From the NCBI GenBank assembly GCA_976226885.1, contig OZ320314.1, positions 81,592,001-81,656,000 on the forward strand: a DNA stretch of 64,000 bases, written 5' to 3'. The stretch's first letter is position 1, and each line of letters starts with the position of its first letter. This document shows, in pieces, positions 1 to 12,450 of the stretch. Below the pieces are notes generated by a model that searched no databases, was not told the origin of the DNA, and saw nothing but the letters and a program-made list of their open reading frames with translations. A program made the position numbers and the translations under genes. This DNA comes from Iphione sp. A-MEVVRFRX5 (lineage: Eukaryota).

Positions 1-3000
1 CCGGAAAGTATCTCCGTCGAAATGAGGATTTTCTTTGTTTCAGAAAAGGTATCGTATTACCTCATTTTCGTCCACATTATAAACATGCGCCATTTTTCAT
101 CTCATGGTATCTCCTCGTTGCTTATGAAAGAAATAGCTGCTGGACGGAGAAACAGTTCACAGGCAAAAATCCTCCCCTAGGTCGATGGTAACCTAGGTCA
201 ACATGAAGAGCTCAGAGGGTGTGAGAAGTAGGCTCTTGCTTTACAGCCCCGCTGACAGGTACTTGTGGGAGATTGGCGCAAGAATGGCTGACTTACGTCC
301 AATGACGTCAGACTGTCCATCTCTCGTGTGGCGACACTTCAGGGCTCTGTCGTTAAGTAGTTCCTTGTCACTAAGGGCTGTCGTTCTAGTAAAAAAAGAA
401 GCGCGGACTCCCCCCAGTTGAAAGGTCGATTGAACAAAATAGGCCGTCCCTCTTCGGTGAGCGTACCATTCTATTTTGTTTCTGTCGATAAATATATATC
501 GCTGGACTGTCAGTTATCTTGCTACAAAGCATGTCTGGGTACGTTGTTCCACTCGATTGTGATTGCACCTCCATTCTCCTTAGCACGAACAACCAAATTA
601 TCAGCGATCGGATACCTTTGAAGGATACTCTAACGATGTACAAACGATTAAAAGGTTCTGCTCTGAGGAAATTCACCTCATGTTCATCTACGGAGCGATA
701 TTTTTTGTCAATTATTAATCGAGAGATCTATCAGTATGTACAGGGAGGGAAGAAACCGACTGATGACAATCCATAAAGAATGATATGCCCGGGACATGAT
801 TGTCTTTGCAAAGAGAATCTTTTCGTTTGCAAAATATCATCGAATACTTATATAACAAAATACACCAAGGGCCGTCTCTACTCGATTCAAGCAAGCATGC
901 GCTAGGATTTTGTGTAATATCTTTTAATAGAATGATGTATTTCAATAAAATCGTTGACTATCTTCGATCGGATAGATCATATTGCTTTTGAAAGAGCGCT
1001 TTAGACTCTATTATCAGATTCCCATTTTGTCATGCAAAGCTTACTCTGTTTCTAAAATTATGATAGGTTCATAGCATTTATTGACACCTGCTGCTATGGA
1101 CGTTCCAAATGTGCATAATCCTTTTATTCGAATCACCCACAGGAATAAAAATAAATTCATGGATATTTTCGTAGATGTTTTGCTACAGAAACTTTAGAAG
1201 TAAAGTTCCTATTGAATGAATATCGTATACCAATATCATATGTTTAATATATGACAATAACCCTTTGCATTTACCGCCGTTCTTAAGCGATTTCAGACAT
1301 TTGCATTCGTTATAGTCAAAGTCGCGAATGCTCCTACAACACCACCCGTCACTACCCACGTCTGTTCAATTCTAATGCACTGTCACTTCTGAAGGGAGAA
1401 ACAGAATACAGAATGGAAAGACAAATACAACCGACCTTTAAGACTGGAGCACTGAGTAGAGCTGGAAACTAAGTAAAATGTTCGAAATACTAAGCAAGGG
1501 ACACTATCAAGAGAATAGTTTCGACAATTCAGCGTCTGTCTCGACTGTTCTGTTGATAATTTAGAAAAAAAGGAAGAAAATATGCGGAGACCCTGTCGTG
1601 ATTGCCGGCAAACACTTGGTGTCCCAGCACTACAGGGACCTTCCGTATCCTTAACTTATCTATGAATGATAAACTCATAATATCTGGGCAAGAATAATGG
1701 AGAGGAATATTTGCTAAGAAAATAATTGAATATTTCCTTACATAAGGCTAATACATGTATTACCTCTTATCAAGGAAATCTGTGATGGACGTACATAGAA
1801 CCCTCCAAATTAGAAGCTCTAATGAGCAGCCATGTAATCTAATGTAAACCTTACAGGGATGTCAGTTCGTCATGGTTTAGTTGCCATGTTCTGGTAAAAA
1901 ACATATTCAGACCCAAGCACTAATGATCAGAACGCTAATGAGATCACATTGTATATTAAATCCATGGCTTGCTTAGGTGATCTTCATCCGAACCTACATG
2001 AACAGAGTTAGCGCGTCAAGGATTGAAATATGGAACTTGCCTGTTGCAAACATACACTTTGCCGGCACTGCGAGTTTTGTCGATGATCAGACATCATAGT
2101 GATTAAATTGCTAATTGGCTTTCTTTTTATTGGCATATTTCCGCCTGCATCAACCAGCGGGGACTATCCCACGGGTACCACTTGATTAGTTTGATGTCCT
2201 GGCCGAGGTGGAGTCTCTGCCTTGAAATGAGCTGCTTTCTCATCCAGAAGCATTTCATTGGTATGGCTTCAAGTCATTTCTAGGCGAAACTCGTTTGGTA
2301 TTTTCTTCCCTAGTTCCCTTTCTTCGTTCCTCAGTCGCTGCGTCGCTGAACACAACACTATGGAAGTCGTACAGCACAGGAGGCGCAATCAAAAATAAGG
2401 GATACGTCTGCCCATGCATACGAACCTAATGTTAATACAGAAAAATTGGACCCCAAATGTACGCACCTTTTATGAAACTGAAAACCCTGCCGTCTCTATG
2501 TGAAATGTGAGCGACTTCCTTGTCTTAGCTGATGTTTTGATACCCATGTAATGATCAGTAGTGGCGGATGGTAATGGTTTTATGTATAATTTTATAGCAT
2601 GCTCCCATGTAAACAAGTAAGACAGGTAAGCTGTACATGTAAACTGTTGACGAAGCCAAAGCAACTAATATTCACGATAAAAACACATACACTCAAATAT
2701 TCATATATATTCTGAATACGGATGGTCGAATTAAATTGCAACACTAAACCAAATATCTCAACAGATCCAGACCTATCCCCACGTTTTCATGTACCTAGTT
2801 ATGTCTGAACAGACTGACTTGGACTCCCTCTTGATTTTCTTTTAACGGGTGTGCATGTAGCCACACGCCGTCATATGCATTCAGGGAACAGACCAACACT
2901 GGCGTACTTGACAGCCTTTCTTAAATGTTTTCTCACTTGATTGTGTGTGCATCCAGCTATGTTTGAATGAACTGACAGCATTCACCTAATATTTGCTACG

Positions 3001-3599
3001 GGTGGAGGTCCCGGGGATTATATGTACCAAAAATGCATTGTGGCACAAGCATTTCATAGAAAGTATTTCAAAGGATCAAATGCTAAGTTGAAATCTTAAT
3101 TTGCTCCATTTGGACCTACTGATATTACAGAGGCAAAGACAAAACAGCGTTGTACATTTTCAGCATCTACCTATTGCCATATACGTGTATGTAGATGTTT
3201 TTGTCATGCAGAAACATTATTCCTTTTACCAGGCTTATTTGCACACGTCTTATTGTGATACAATACAATAAATTTGCTTCTTTATCAAGACTCAGTTGCC
3301 AACGTTATATTGTCCTACAGTATAAATGGGTTCTTCAGTTTAAGTTGCTAACCTCCTATTATCCTACATTAATTTTGTCCTTCCAACAATCCATCATGTA
3401 TACGCCAAGAATGAAGGGAAAACGCGGTGTGTAAGTACATGTTGGACCATCTATGTACATCACACTAGTATCATGTTATGCCAGATCACTGAAATGTGAC
3501 CAAACTGAATCAATGTACCATTAAATCAAAGTACATTTGAAAGTAAGATATCACAAAAAATTTAAAATGAGGATATTACAACAAATAATCTTCATACCT

Positions 3600-5590
3600 T
3601 TTCTTCTACTCTGACAGATACCTTCAAGAAGAAGACGCACTAGCTCTCTCCTCCAGATGATAGAGAACCACATCACGGAGGGATTGCAACTTAATGCGTT
3701 TAGAGCGGGTTCTTTTGCGATTGTAGATGTCCAGTAGCAGCATGGCCTGATGCTATCTTGCTTGTAAAGAGTAAGAAGATTGTTGTTCAACGCAAGTGGA
3801 TAACTTTGCACACAACGGAGAATGGATGCAGAGTGCAAGGGCAAGAGCCTCATCCTGTCTGACACAGAAAAATATGCCCGTCTCAACGCCTGCAGTTATC
3901 TATGTGTTACCTATGGCTGTCCCACCTATTTTGGCTGCACACGATCCATATATTTTTATAGGTTGAAAACAGAACTAACCCTTCTCATAGGATCAGTGGC
4001 ATGAGATCAACAGTAACATTATAATTGTAATGCCAAAAGGACAGAGAAACTAATATCAGTTGTTGTAGGGACAGCAGCCCGCCCCAGTTTTGGGAGGGAC
4101 TTCGACCTACCCATTAACGTGTATAATAGGCACGACAGAGAGGCATGAGTACTTTCTAGCGTATGCGAGGAGGTGCTCCAGATGCTAAAGGCAAGGGCCT
4201 AGAATTAGAGGAGAACGCTGATTGTGTACGACAATATACGACATTTCTCTAGGCTTAATATGCGTTCCTTCAACGCCCCCTACCCCCAGTGTGGAGAGAG
4301 ATGTTAGGAATATCACCTTGATGATCAAGGAAGCCTGAACGTCAGTCATCACAATCGGTATCACAACTGCTGAAGACATGTCCGTAGTCTGCCGTCTAAG
4401 GAGACATCAAATGAAGGGGACCGTCTGCTAAGTAAATTGGGCAGACAATTCTGTCGTGCTAATGAAACACAGCCAATGTAAGGAAGGATACCTGCATATT
4501 GATGGAATCTTACAGTTTTCCAAGCCCACAAGGATAGAGGTTAGCTGCATCAGAGGACCAGGAGAAGTAATTTGAAGAGGAGGAGCATGACAGACTTCAG
4601 TTACCCTGAAGTACTTCAGGTGGTGTGCGGCTTGCATGGACTCCTTCTTTGAAGACAGGGGAAAACGACGTGACAGTTATTAAGCAGGCTGAGACTGGGA
4701 CTTCAAAGACAAGCACTAAGAGGACCATGATAGGCTTCGTTTGGCCAGCGCGACAATTTAGTTTAAGTTCCAGATATACTTGCCAAAATCGCAATTGTTT
4801 TAATTATTGCAGTCATCCCTTGTTAAATCTCTAAGTTTTCCATCATTACCAGGCCACTGCATTACTGTTATAAGTTTTAGATATTATTGAAGCCACCCGT
4901 AAGGAATATCTGCTTCTTACTTCCAGATCATTCTATCAATATTATGGACTTTCATTCTTCTTTCACGCATCATCTTTGATCAATGAATGTCCTTCAATTT
5001 TTTTAAGAGATAGCATGTTTGTGAAGTTTATTTAACATAGTGAGGCAAAGTTCTCAACTTAGGCAATGTTTCCCCTGGAACTTTTGGAGTCAAGCTGAAA
5101 ATGTTCCAACTCGAACAGGATAAAGCTTAGTCTCAAGGCAATATTAAGGTCTTCCAACTTGAGAAAGAAGAATGGGGTCATGCCCTGAAAGAGAGGTGTT
5201 CATTGTTGCTAGTTTTGAAATTGATTATGTAATCTTCTAGTATATAAGGAGTCTCATTTTTTTCTGAATAAACAGATTCTCTCACTGCACCGGAAGAGAG
5301 TAACACTGAACAGCTTTTGTGTGGTTGTTCTTTAGTTTTCGATGACAGTGGCATCACATCAGGCTCATGTTATACTATCATTTATTGGCTATATACCCGT
5401 ATGACAGGGATTACTATAAAGTGTGACCCAGGAACGTTTAATGTTTCCCCTTCGCTCACCAGGACGCCCATGTGCGTTCTTATAGTGGCTTAAATGCCAA
5501 ATCCCATCTCTAGATAATTTGGTAGTAAAATGGAATCACCCGAAGCAGTGATTTCAGGACATAAGTGTTTACTCAAACAGACATGTACAA
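3600..5590 (-). mobile_element. Heavily degraded coding-like remnant, possibly the 3' part of an L1/Tx1-type LINE ORF2
   Basis: Stop-riddled minus-strand frames give fragments reminiscent of the post-RT region of L1/Tx1 ORF2: SEGETLNVP (~5450-5425; cf. GGLxVP), QWPGNDGKLRDLTRDD..LRFWQVYLEL (~4860-4770), a broken Cys/His knuckle DNCRR*DGHIFLC (~3900-3865) and MLLLDIYNRKRTRSKRIKLQSLRDVVLYHLEE (~3740-3645). No RT core motif seen, so the clade is tentative. Confidence 0.3.
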
Positions 5591-5809
5591 CTGACAGTGG
5601 AACCTCGTTTACCATACAACAGAGATAGTGGATAATACTAACTGCGGACATAACAACTAGAGATCTGTCTGAAAACCCTCTATTTGATATCTTATGTCTC
5701 CTAGACATAGCAGACTCTCGCCTATACTGGACACTCACCTCACATGATATGTTTTAAAGTACCAAACTAGCAATTTCTTAGGCTATTGTGGACGTAGCGT
5801 CTGTTGTCC

Positions 5810-6250
5810 TACTGTCTTGAGGATGGCGCGAATGACAGGCTGACAGGCGTTGATTGGAGGAGTGCTGGTACAGTGCCAGGCAATTCCTAACATCAGCTCA
5901 CACCTTAAGGATGGCGCAAATGACGGGCAGGAAGCACGGTAACCATGGATAGGAGGACTCTCGGGATAATGCCAGGCAATTCCTTAGGTCTGCTCACACC
6001 TGAGGACGACACGAAGGACAGGCCTGCAGGCGTGGATGTGAGGACTTCTCGGAGAATGCCTACCGCCGTCCTACTGTCCTTAACTCTGCTGACACCTGAG
6101 GATGGCACAAAAGACAGCCCTACAAGAGTGGCTGGGAGGACTGCCCAGGCAATGCCTACCGCAGTCCTACTGGCTTTAGTTCTGCTTACACCTGAAGACG
6201 GGCCACATGACAGGAATTGCAGGCCGACAGGAATGCGAGGAGGAGTCCCA
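5810..6250 (+). repeat. Tandem minisatellite, 96-bp (32-codon) unit, about 4-5 diverged copies
   Basis: Unit anchor (c/g/t)ACACCT(G/T)A(A/G) at 5899, 5995, 6091, 6187 (exact 96-bp spacing), plus a partial copy near 5815. Translates as LLTPEDDTKDRPAGVDVRTSRRMPTAVLLSLT / LLTPEDGTKDSPTRVAGRTAQAMPTAVLLALV. Confidence 0.9.
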
Positions 6251-6314
6251 GGACTGGGAGATACTACTGTCGCCTGCCACCATCCTACTACTATCAACAA
6301 CCGTCATTCCATCA

Positions 6315-7319
6315 CACACTCACCCAGGCAGGCTGCTGTAGAATGCAAAGTTGGAAATAGGACGGCAGACATCTTAGAGAAATATGAAAACTCCAATTCC
6401 AATGCTAAGAGAAGAGTGGGCCACCCTGCCCTGACTTCTTCAAGGTATCAAATTGATGGCTCTCCTAGCTCGAGGGTAAACACCACGTAAGAGGCATGAA
6501 GGTGTCTAGGAAGAAGGGTCAGTTCAAGAGGAGCAGGTTGGCGAGAGCTGGACACACTCCCACACCTCCTTGAATGCTACTAGTCAATTGAAATTTACAA
6601 CATGGATGAATTTGGACTGTTCTATGGAGCCCTTCCACACAAGCCCCTCTCCAAACTTCCAGTCATCTGGAAGGCTATTAAAGAGGCCTGGATGCCAATC
6701 CTTCTGTTTGAGGACTGACTAGCGCAGTTTAACAATAAATATAAATGCCAGAGACATCCTGTTGCCCTGCTGTTGTACAATGCCCCTATTCTTAGCCAAA
6801 ATGACATTAGGCTCAGCCATGTGAAAGTCATCTACCTGCAATCAAATTCCATCAATGTGCTATGGTCTCTGGATCAGAGGATCATTACATGTATGCCAGA
6901 TATGTACCAGAACTAACTCCTGTGGCATATGATCAGTCAGGCTGATGCAAAAAAGGATCCCATGACCATTGCCATATCAGTTGATATGCTGATGGTTATC
7001 AACTGGGTCAAGATTGCTACCAGACAGGCAAATTAGCACAGAGATGAAGAGATGCTTTTAGAAGCATTAGGTCAAACTGATGTCACCTTAGAACAGCTCA
7101 CCTGAGAACTTTGATGAAGGGGGAGGATGACCTTTCATTTGCTGGTTTGGTGAGGAGGGCTCAACAAGACCTGGGATTGAGTGATCCCTTCATTCCAGAG
7201 GAGTACTTTGATGTGGACTGCCCTGCCCACGATCCCATAGACAAGGACTGAGAAGACAGGATCTAAGCCAGTTGACAGAAGTAGAAGATGATGAAGAAGA
7301 AGAGGATGTCAAGGAGTAG
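6315..7319 (+). pseudogene. pogo/Tigger transposase remnant (CENP-B-type HTH + DDE_1), frameshifted
   Basis: SPRQAAVECKVGNRTADILEKYENSNSNAKR (psq-type HTH); FKVSN*WLS*LEGKHHVR at ~6439 (cf. FKASxGWLxxFKxRH); IYNMDEFGLFYGALPHKPL at ~6593 (cf. IFNMDETGLFYRALPDKTL); FNNKYKCQRHPVALLLYNAP..LSHVKVIYL..LDQRII (cf. VLLLLDNAPSH..LSNVKVIFLP..PLDQGII); acidic tail EVEDDEEEEDVKE*. Confidence 0.85.
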
Positions 7320-10300
7320 CCCATTACAGATCAAGAATTTACTGCAACCTAGCTAGAATGGGGGATAATTGTGCCATGAAAGGGTTATCAATAAGCATGG
7401 ATATTGCTCTCCACCTCGTCCAGTCATCCAGTGAGGAGACCACAAGGAATAAGATAAAAAAAATATACAAACCACCATCTCTACTATGCTCAAGAGATCA
7501 TGACCTGTTTCAATTTTCATGCTAGTTATTGTATTCATGATGTATATAGGATCTCTACTGTTATTTCCTCTTTGGTTAATTCCCCCGCTAACATAACCTG
7601 TTGATCAATTGTTTTTCGTATAGTAAAGTGTTTGAACTTTGATTATGGCTTGCTTTACTACAATAGTACTACATTTCAGCTACTGCGGACACCTCTTACT
7701 ACGCACAGAATGGTATCAGACCCTCTTCTATCTGCAGCTGCCAGGTTCCAATGTATATGATAAATGTTCTATGCTGCATTATTTTAGAATTTGCTGACCT
7801 TTTGGTACATTTTCATTTTAGGCCATTGCATTGCATGAATCCGAGATTCAAACTACAGTGCACACAGCAACTAAAGTATGCTCTCACATAAAGACCAGCT
7901 TTTAAGGCCACCTCCTAAATAAGACTTCGAAAGAACCACACGATTTCCTCTTATCGTCTGCAATTACCCTCATTAATAAAATTTTAGGACATCTCATCTT
8001 AAGCAAAGCAACATTTTTGCAAAACCCAAATGTTTTGAATCAATAATGAGAAACGGTAAACCCCCGTTTCTTTGTTGGAAAGAGAACAGGATGTGTGTTG
8101 GAGAATGTATGTAGGACTTTTTAGGCAAATTATCATACATCATTCAATGGCCTCTTCGCATAATGCAACAAATAACTATTAACACCCCGGTATGCGAATT
8201 CATTCCCAGTATATCTAACGTGAGTATTTCAACTCTATATTTCTTGTGGGAGAGAATGTGTATCGACTTACTGACCTAACTTATTGACATACATAGAATA
8301 TACAGCCCCCTACAAACAAGATCACCCCATAATTAATAAATCTGTTGGAAAGAGCAAAGAGTGGCTTCAATAACGATAGGATACTTTGCATGTACAGAGC
8401 ACGGATATTTTGTTGTATTGTTTTGAGCGATATGTAGAACATCCTTCTCTGTCCCAATCCTTACAACTCTAGAGTAAGTTAGAGAACGCAAAGATAAGTA
8501 GAGGTGAAGGATGAAGCCCTGATGTCATCTGTTTCTTTATCTTCGATCCCGATCTTTGAGAAGGAGCAACAGGCTTCACCCAAAGTGAACGGTTGTACCA
8601 AAGATGTGTGTCCCGGTTGCTAATCCCGCTTTTGTGTGCGACACTATTTGTAGCGTATTATACAAACCTGTATGTGTATTCCGGAAAGGTAGAGTGGTTA
8701 GTGGGTTCAGACTCATAACATGTGCCAGAAAACTCACCCTTACATTTGGATAATGGAGTCCGTGTACATATGTGTGTACATTTCTTGTTTCATACCATGT
8801 GTTTTTTGTTTCTGGTAATCAGTTACTGCAATGTCAGGAAAATCAGATGTAAGTGACAAATTACTTTCTCGTATTTAAAAGGGGGCAAAGACTATAATGC
8901 CTTCCTTACTCCGCATATTAGTTTGAGCAAGCAACAGCCAGTGGCTGTTGAATATACACCTCTCCCTGAAGTACCAACCTCTTGCTTATTCCTTGATCTC
9001 GACAAAGCGGATTAATCACTTACTTCTTGGCTCTGATAAGTATCTACTTCTGTCGCTACACTGTCGCCTGAGCGCTCGGCTCAGTGACCGCCTTGCAAGG
9101 AGCAGCAGCTGGCGCAATTAGCAGAAATCACCCACCCCATGCATCAGAGGTGGTGGTGGAGTATGGAGGTGGTGTGGGGGGACTGTTGGTGGGTGGTGGG
9201 ATGGTGCAGGGTTGGTGGGTCTCGGACGGGAGGGGGGGTGGGTTGCTGGGGGAGGGTGGCGTTGGAGCGGCTCGGTGGGCGCTGCGGGTGACGGCGCCCA
9301 CAGCTGGGGCCCCTGGCGCCCAAGACGCAGCGCCCACCCACAACCTCAGCGTGCGGCAGCTGCAGCACAGTGCCAGCGCATGGACAATGGGATCCGGCCG
9401 GCGTGGCGGATCGTTATGGCCCCAGCACTGCCTGCTGCGCCTGTGGATCATATATGATAGACGATGCTTACGCGCTGCTGAGATGGGAATCTCATCACCA
9501 TTACAATAAAGCACAACGAGGAGACTATCAACTAGTGTGCGGGGGGGGGGATGGTTAGAATGTATGAATTTGCTGTAAAGCAGCGGTAATGTATAGTGTG
9601 AGATGAATGCAAAAATAATTCGTAACTAAGCCATTCGATACATATTGCAGCGGCGCGAATATTGTATTTGTGTGGACTAAGACGTATAAATGCTGGGACT
9701 TCTATGGGACTTCGATGAGGACATTGAGGGGTGTGTCAGTGTATACTCTGATTCCTGCTTTGGCCTTTCTCTGTTTACCAATTTTACGACTACCTTTGGA
9801 GCCAATGATATGGAGAACATCTTCTTCCCTATCGAAACCACCTCCTTCCCGCTGTGTGACGGTTAGGAGGGGAAAATCACCAGGATGGAAAGAAAGATGC
9901 TTACTAAAAGAAGGTTTACTGAAACGTCGGGCAGGCTTTGGTGGAAAAGGCACGATCGAGCATAAGGGGAAACAGGGTGGCTGGGCGGGATCAGGTGGGG
10001 ATTAACATCGCATCGATGGGAGCTGTCATCTCATCCCTCTACCTTTACAGTATCGCTTCATATGGTATACATTTATCTCTGTGCAGTAGAAATTCAATAT
10101 GATGCTGGTTGAGGACAGGGCGCTGAGCGCACCTGTCAAACGCAAAACGGACGCGTGTACAGTCTTTTCAGAAATCTTTCTGTCCTGTAGAGAGATGCCT
10201 GCCACCCCCTCCCTTTTTCATACGCACGCACCCATCTAAGATATCAGTTGCACACCTAATTCCACTTTCTATGCATGCTTGAAGTGCAAGTAGCAATAAC

Positions 10301-11949
10301 ATTATGCTCTAGGGACCATTTGAATACTTCGGGGATGCATTAGAAAAAAACTGCTTGCTTTTCGAGATATATGTATGATTCCATTTTTTCCCTAGAATTA
10401 AACTATATTCCAAGAAGACTTGTTAGTGTGCCCACTCGACTTAACGATGATAGCTCAATATGTTTTTTCAGACAAACATATGTTTGAAAAACGACATCCT
10501 CCAATTTAGCATGGAATTACGGGAGGACGTATTGAAGGAAATTATTGGTAATGAGGCAAAATGAGCTGATCTTTTTTCCCTACTGACGCCCATTAAAACA
10601 TATCTTTAGCGTTAAACTGACTACAACTATTACATTAAAATGTTATCATTGGAACGAGTCTTTCGCTTTGTGCCAGCGGTCTCTTCAGCAGCACCAATCC
10701 GTTAAAAGTAAGGGAAATTTAGAACTTCTCATCTATACCTGCAACCTGATGCTCGGGGGGAATAGCACAGTTTATAATACCGGGAGCTAGCCATATAATG
10801 GAGAGAACAGCCATCCTGTTTCCGAAACCATGATCGCATTTAGCAGGGTAAACATTTCCAAGGTGGCGACAAGTAAATGAGTAACTGGCAGTTATAGAAG
10901 ATCATGAAATAATACGTATTGCACTGCATTCTCCAGAAAGACGTCGATTAATAGTTTCTATTGCTTGGCAGCATAGCTTCTTCCACTGGGCCAATTGATT
11001 CATTCAGTGTAATGTATGCAACGCCCTTTGCTTCTGCATGGTGTGCCTAAGGAAGCGTCCTTTTCTGACAGTTCCGGCGGGGGGCCGCTCTATTCTCCCA
11101 CTCTCTAACTCGCTGTCTGTCGACACGTAGCCCACAACCACAGACTCTTACAATGCATTAGGTACGTCGAGTCGGTCACGTGACCGGGACTGCAAGCAAA
11201 TGATGAATTACAGGCCATACGTAGGAGAGACGACATGATAAATGACATGCGTCGACATGATGGATGTCGAGTGTTTACATGATGGATGACACTCAGTTTC
11301 AGCGACAAGAATTGTGACCTAGAATTCTTCATTGTCGCAACTGCCTTTAACAGATCGTTGCACAGATGTCAGAGGGTTTGTGCCTCGCTTCCTTGGCATC
11401 CAACACTTATCATTCTTGCACTTACATAGCCAGAGTAGTTTTAGAACCTGTACCCTGTTGTCTAGTGGAATCCGGGCCATGTAAACCTAACGAATGTTTT
11501 CCTTACTTAGTTTTTTTTTATTATCAACAAAATAATAACCTCTGCCATGAACAGATGGCTTTTAACACTGAGGACAGTGCAAGACGAACGATAAAAATAA
11601 CAAAGCGTTTACGATCCGCATGACAGTTTAATGTCACTAAATGATAATACACGGACCGAGGAAAGACATCTGCATAAGAAAATATCTGGAAAGGAGCCTG
11701 TGTTATTCATAGAGTACGTTTCCCTCTGATAGAACATCGTCCGATAATGATGACATATATTTGGTGAAGTGGGTTGAGTCCACGCGAGGAGAGTCTCATC
11801 CTCCTGCATATACATTACATTCTGATAGCAGCAAATGTTTTCTTGACCAATGGGGAATCATTCCTCAATGATGTACCACCAACCACAAAGGCACAACAAT
11901 AGGAGGCTGAGAGGCGGGATTAGCATTCAAGCATTTAACGCAAAAATCA

Positions 11950-12450
11950 GGAGACAAGGCGAGCTAGGGGAGGGTGGGGGTCGGGGGGCAGTGTGATTTG
12001 GCTTAAAATACGGCACACTTTCCGATGACGTCACGTCTTTTGGTGTCACTCGGGTATCATCCCTCATCGCAGTGCCGCCCTTTACGACGGCACGGCTGCG
12101 ATCAGCGTTCGCTAAAAATGCCGGGCTTTTAGACGACGAGGGATGGGCCGCCGAGGGATCGACTAGAGCGTGGTGGTATAACAGTTGTCGGGCGCTCCGG
12201 CTTGAAGGCAGGCGGGATTTTTGCTATGACGTCACAGCAAGTGGGGCGGGACAGGCCCGGTTGCTAGGCTGGAGTACAAGCAAGGTTGGAGGGGGTGGGG
12301 GGCGGGGGTTAGTGGTACTGTTCGGGAGACACCAGTGTTTTACTGGCGTTGCGGAAGAGGGATGATGGATGGCACGTCTACCCCCTGTGTCAGGACCAGT
12401 CAGAAACCATGGCAACCGTATCCGCATTAGATACTGCCGTATCTAGTGGA
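11950..12450. promoter_or_regulatory. CpG-rich promoter-like island
   Basis: Two palindromic CRE sites TGACGTCA (12026, 12227), GC boxes GGGGCGGG (~12243, ~12298), X-box-like GAAACCATGGCAAC (12403), Pbx/Hox-type TGATGGATGG (12363). No downstream gene could be identified. Confidence 0.45.

Larger units (their letters stand above)
5595..7753 (+). mobile_element. pogo/Tigger-like (Tc1/mariner superfamily) DNA transposon, degraded, carrying an internal minisatellite
   Basis: Left end CAGTGGAACCTCG at 5595; right end CCAGGTTCCAATG at 7741-7753 followed by TA (reverse complement CATTGGAACCTGG, 11/13 match to the left end). The left flank is GA rather than TA. Encloses transposase remnants and subterminal ACTGCGGACA motifs (~5641, ~7682). 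Confidence 0.7.

Noticed and set aside
4838-4912. Minus-strand GCCTGGTAATGATG resembling the 3' part of miR-200b/c, with a loosely star-like arm upstream
   Set aside because: The seed (AATACTG) is absent, the hairpin pairs poorly with a large loop, and the segment lies in a protein-like frame of a decayed element. A 14-nt match to some miRNA is plausible by chance.
5810-6250. Regularly spaced repeats as a CRISPR array
   Set aside because: Units are contiguous diverged tandem copies with no unique spacers, there are no cas genes, and the context is eukaryotic.
8685-8730. tRNA-Met-like fragment (GTAGAGTGGTTAG..CAGACTCATAAC)
   Set aside because: No T-arm/B box or acceptor stem; at most a decayed SINE head.
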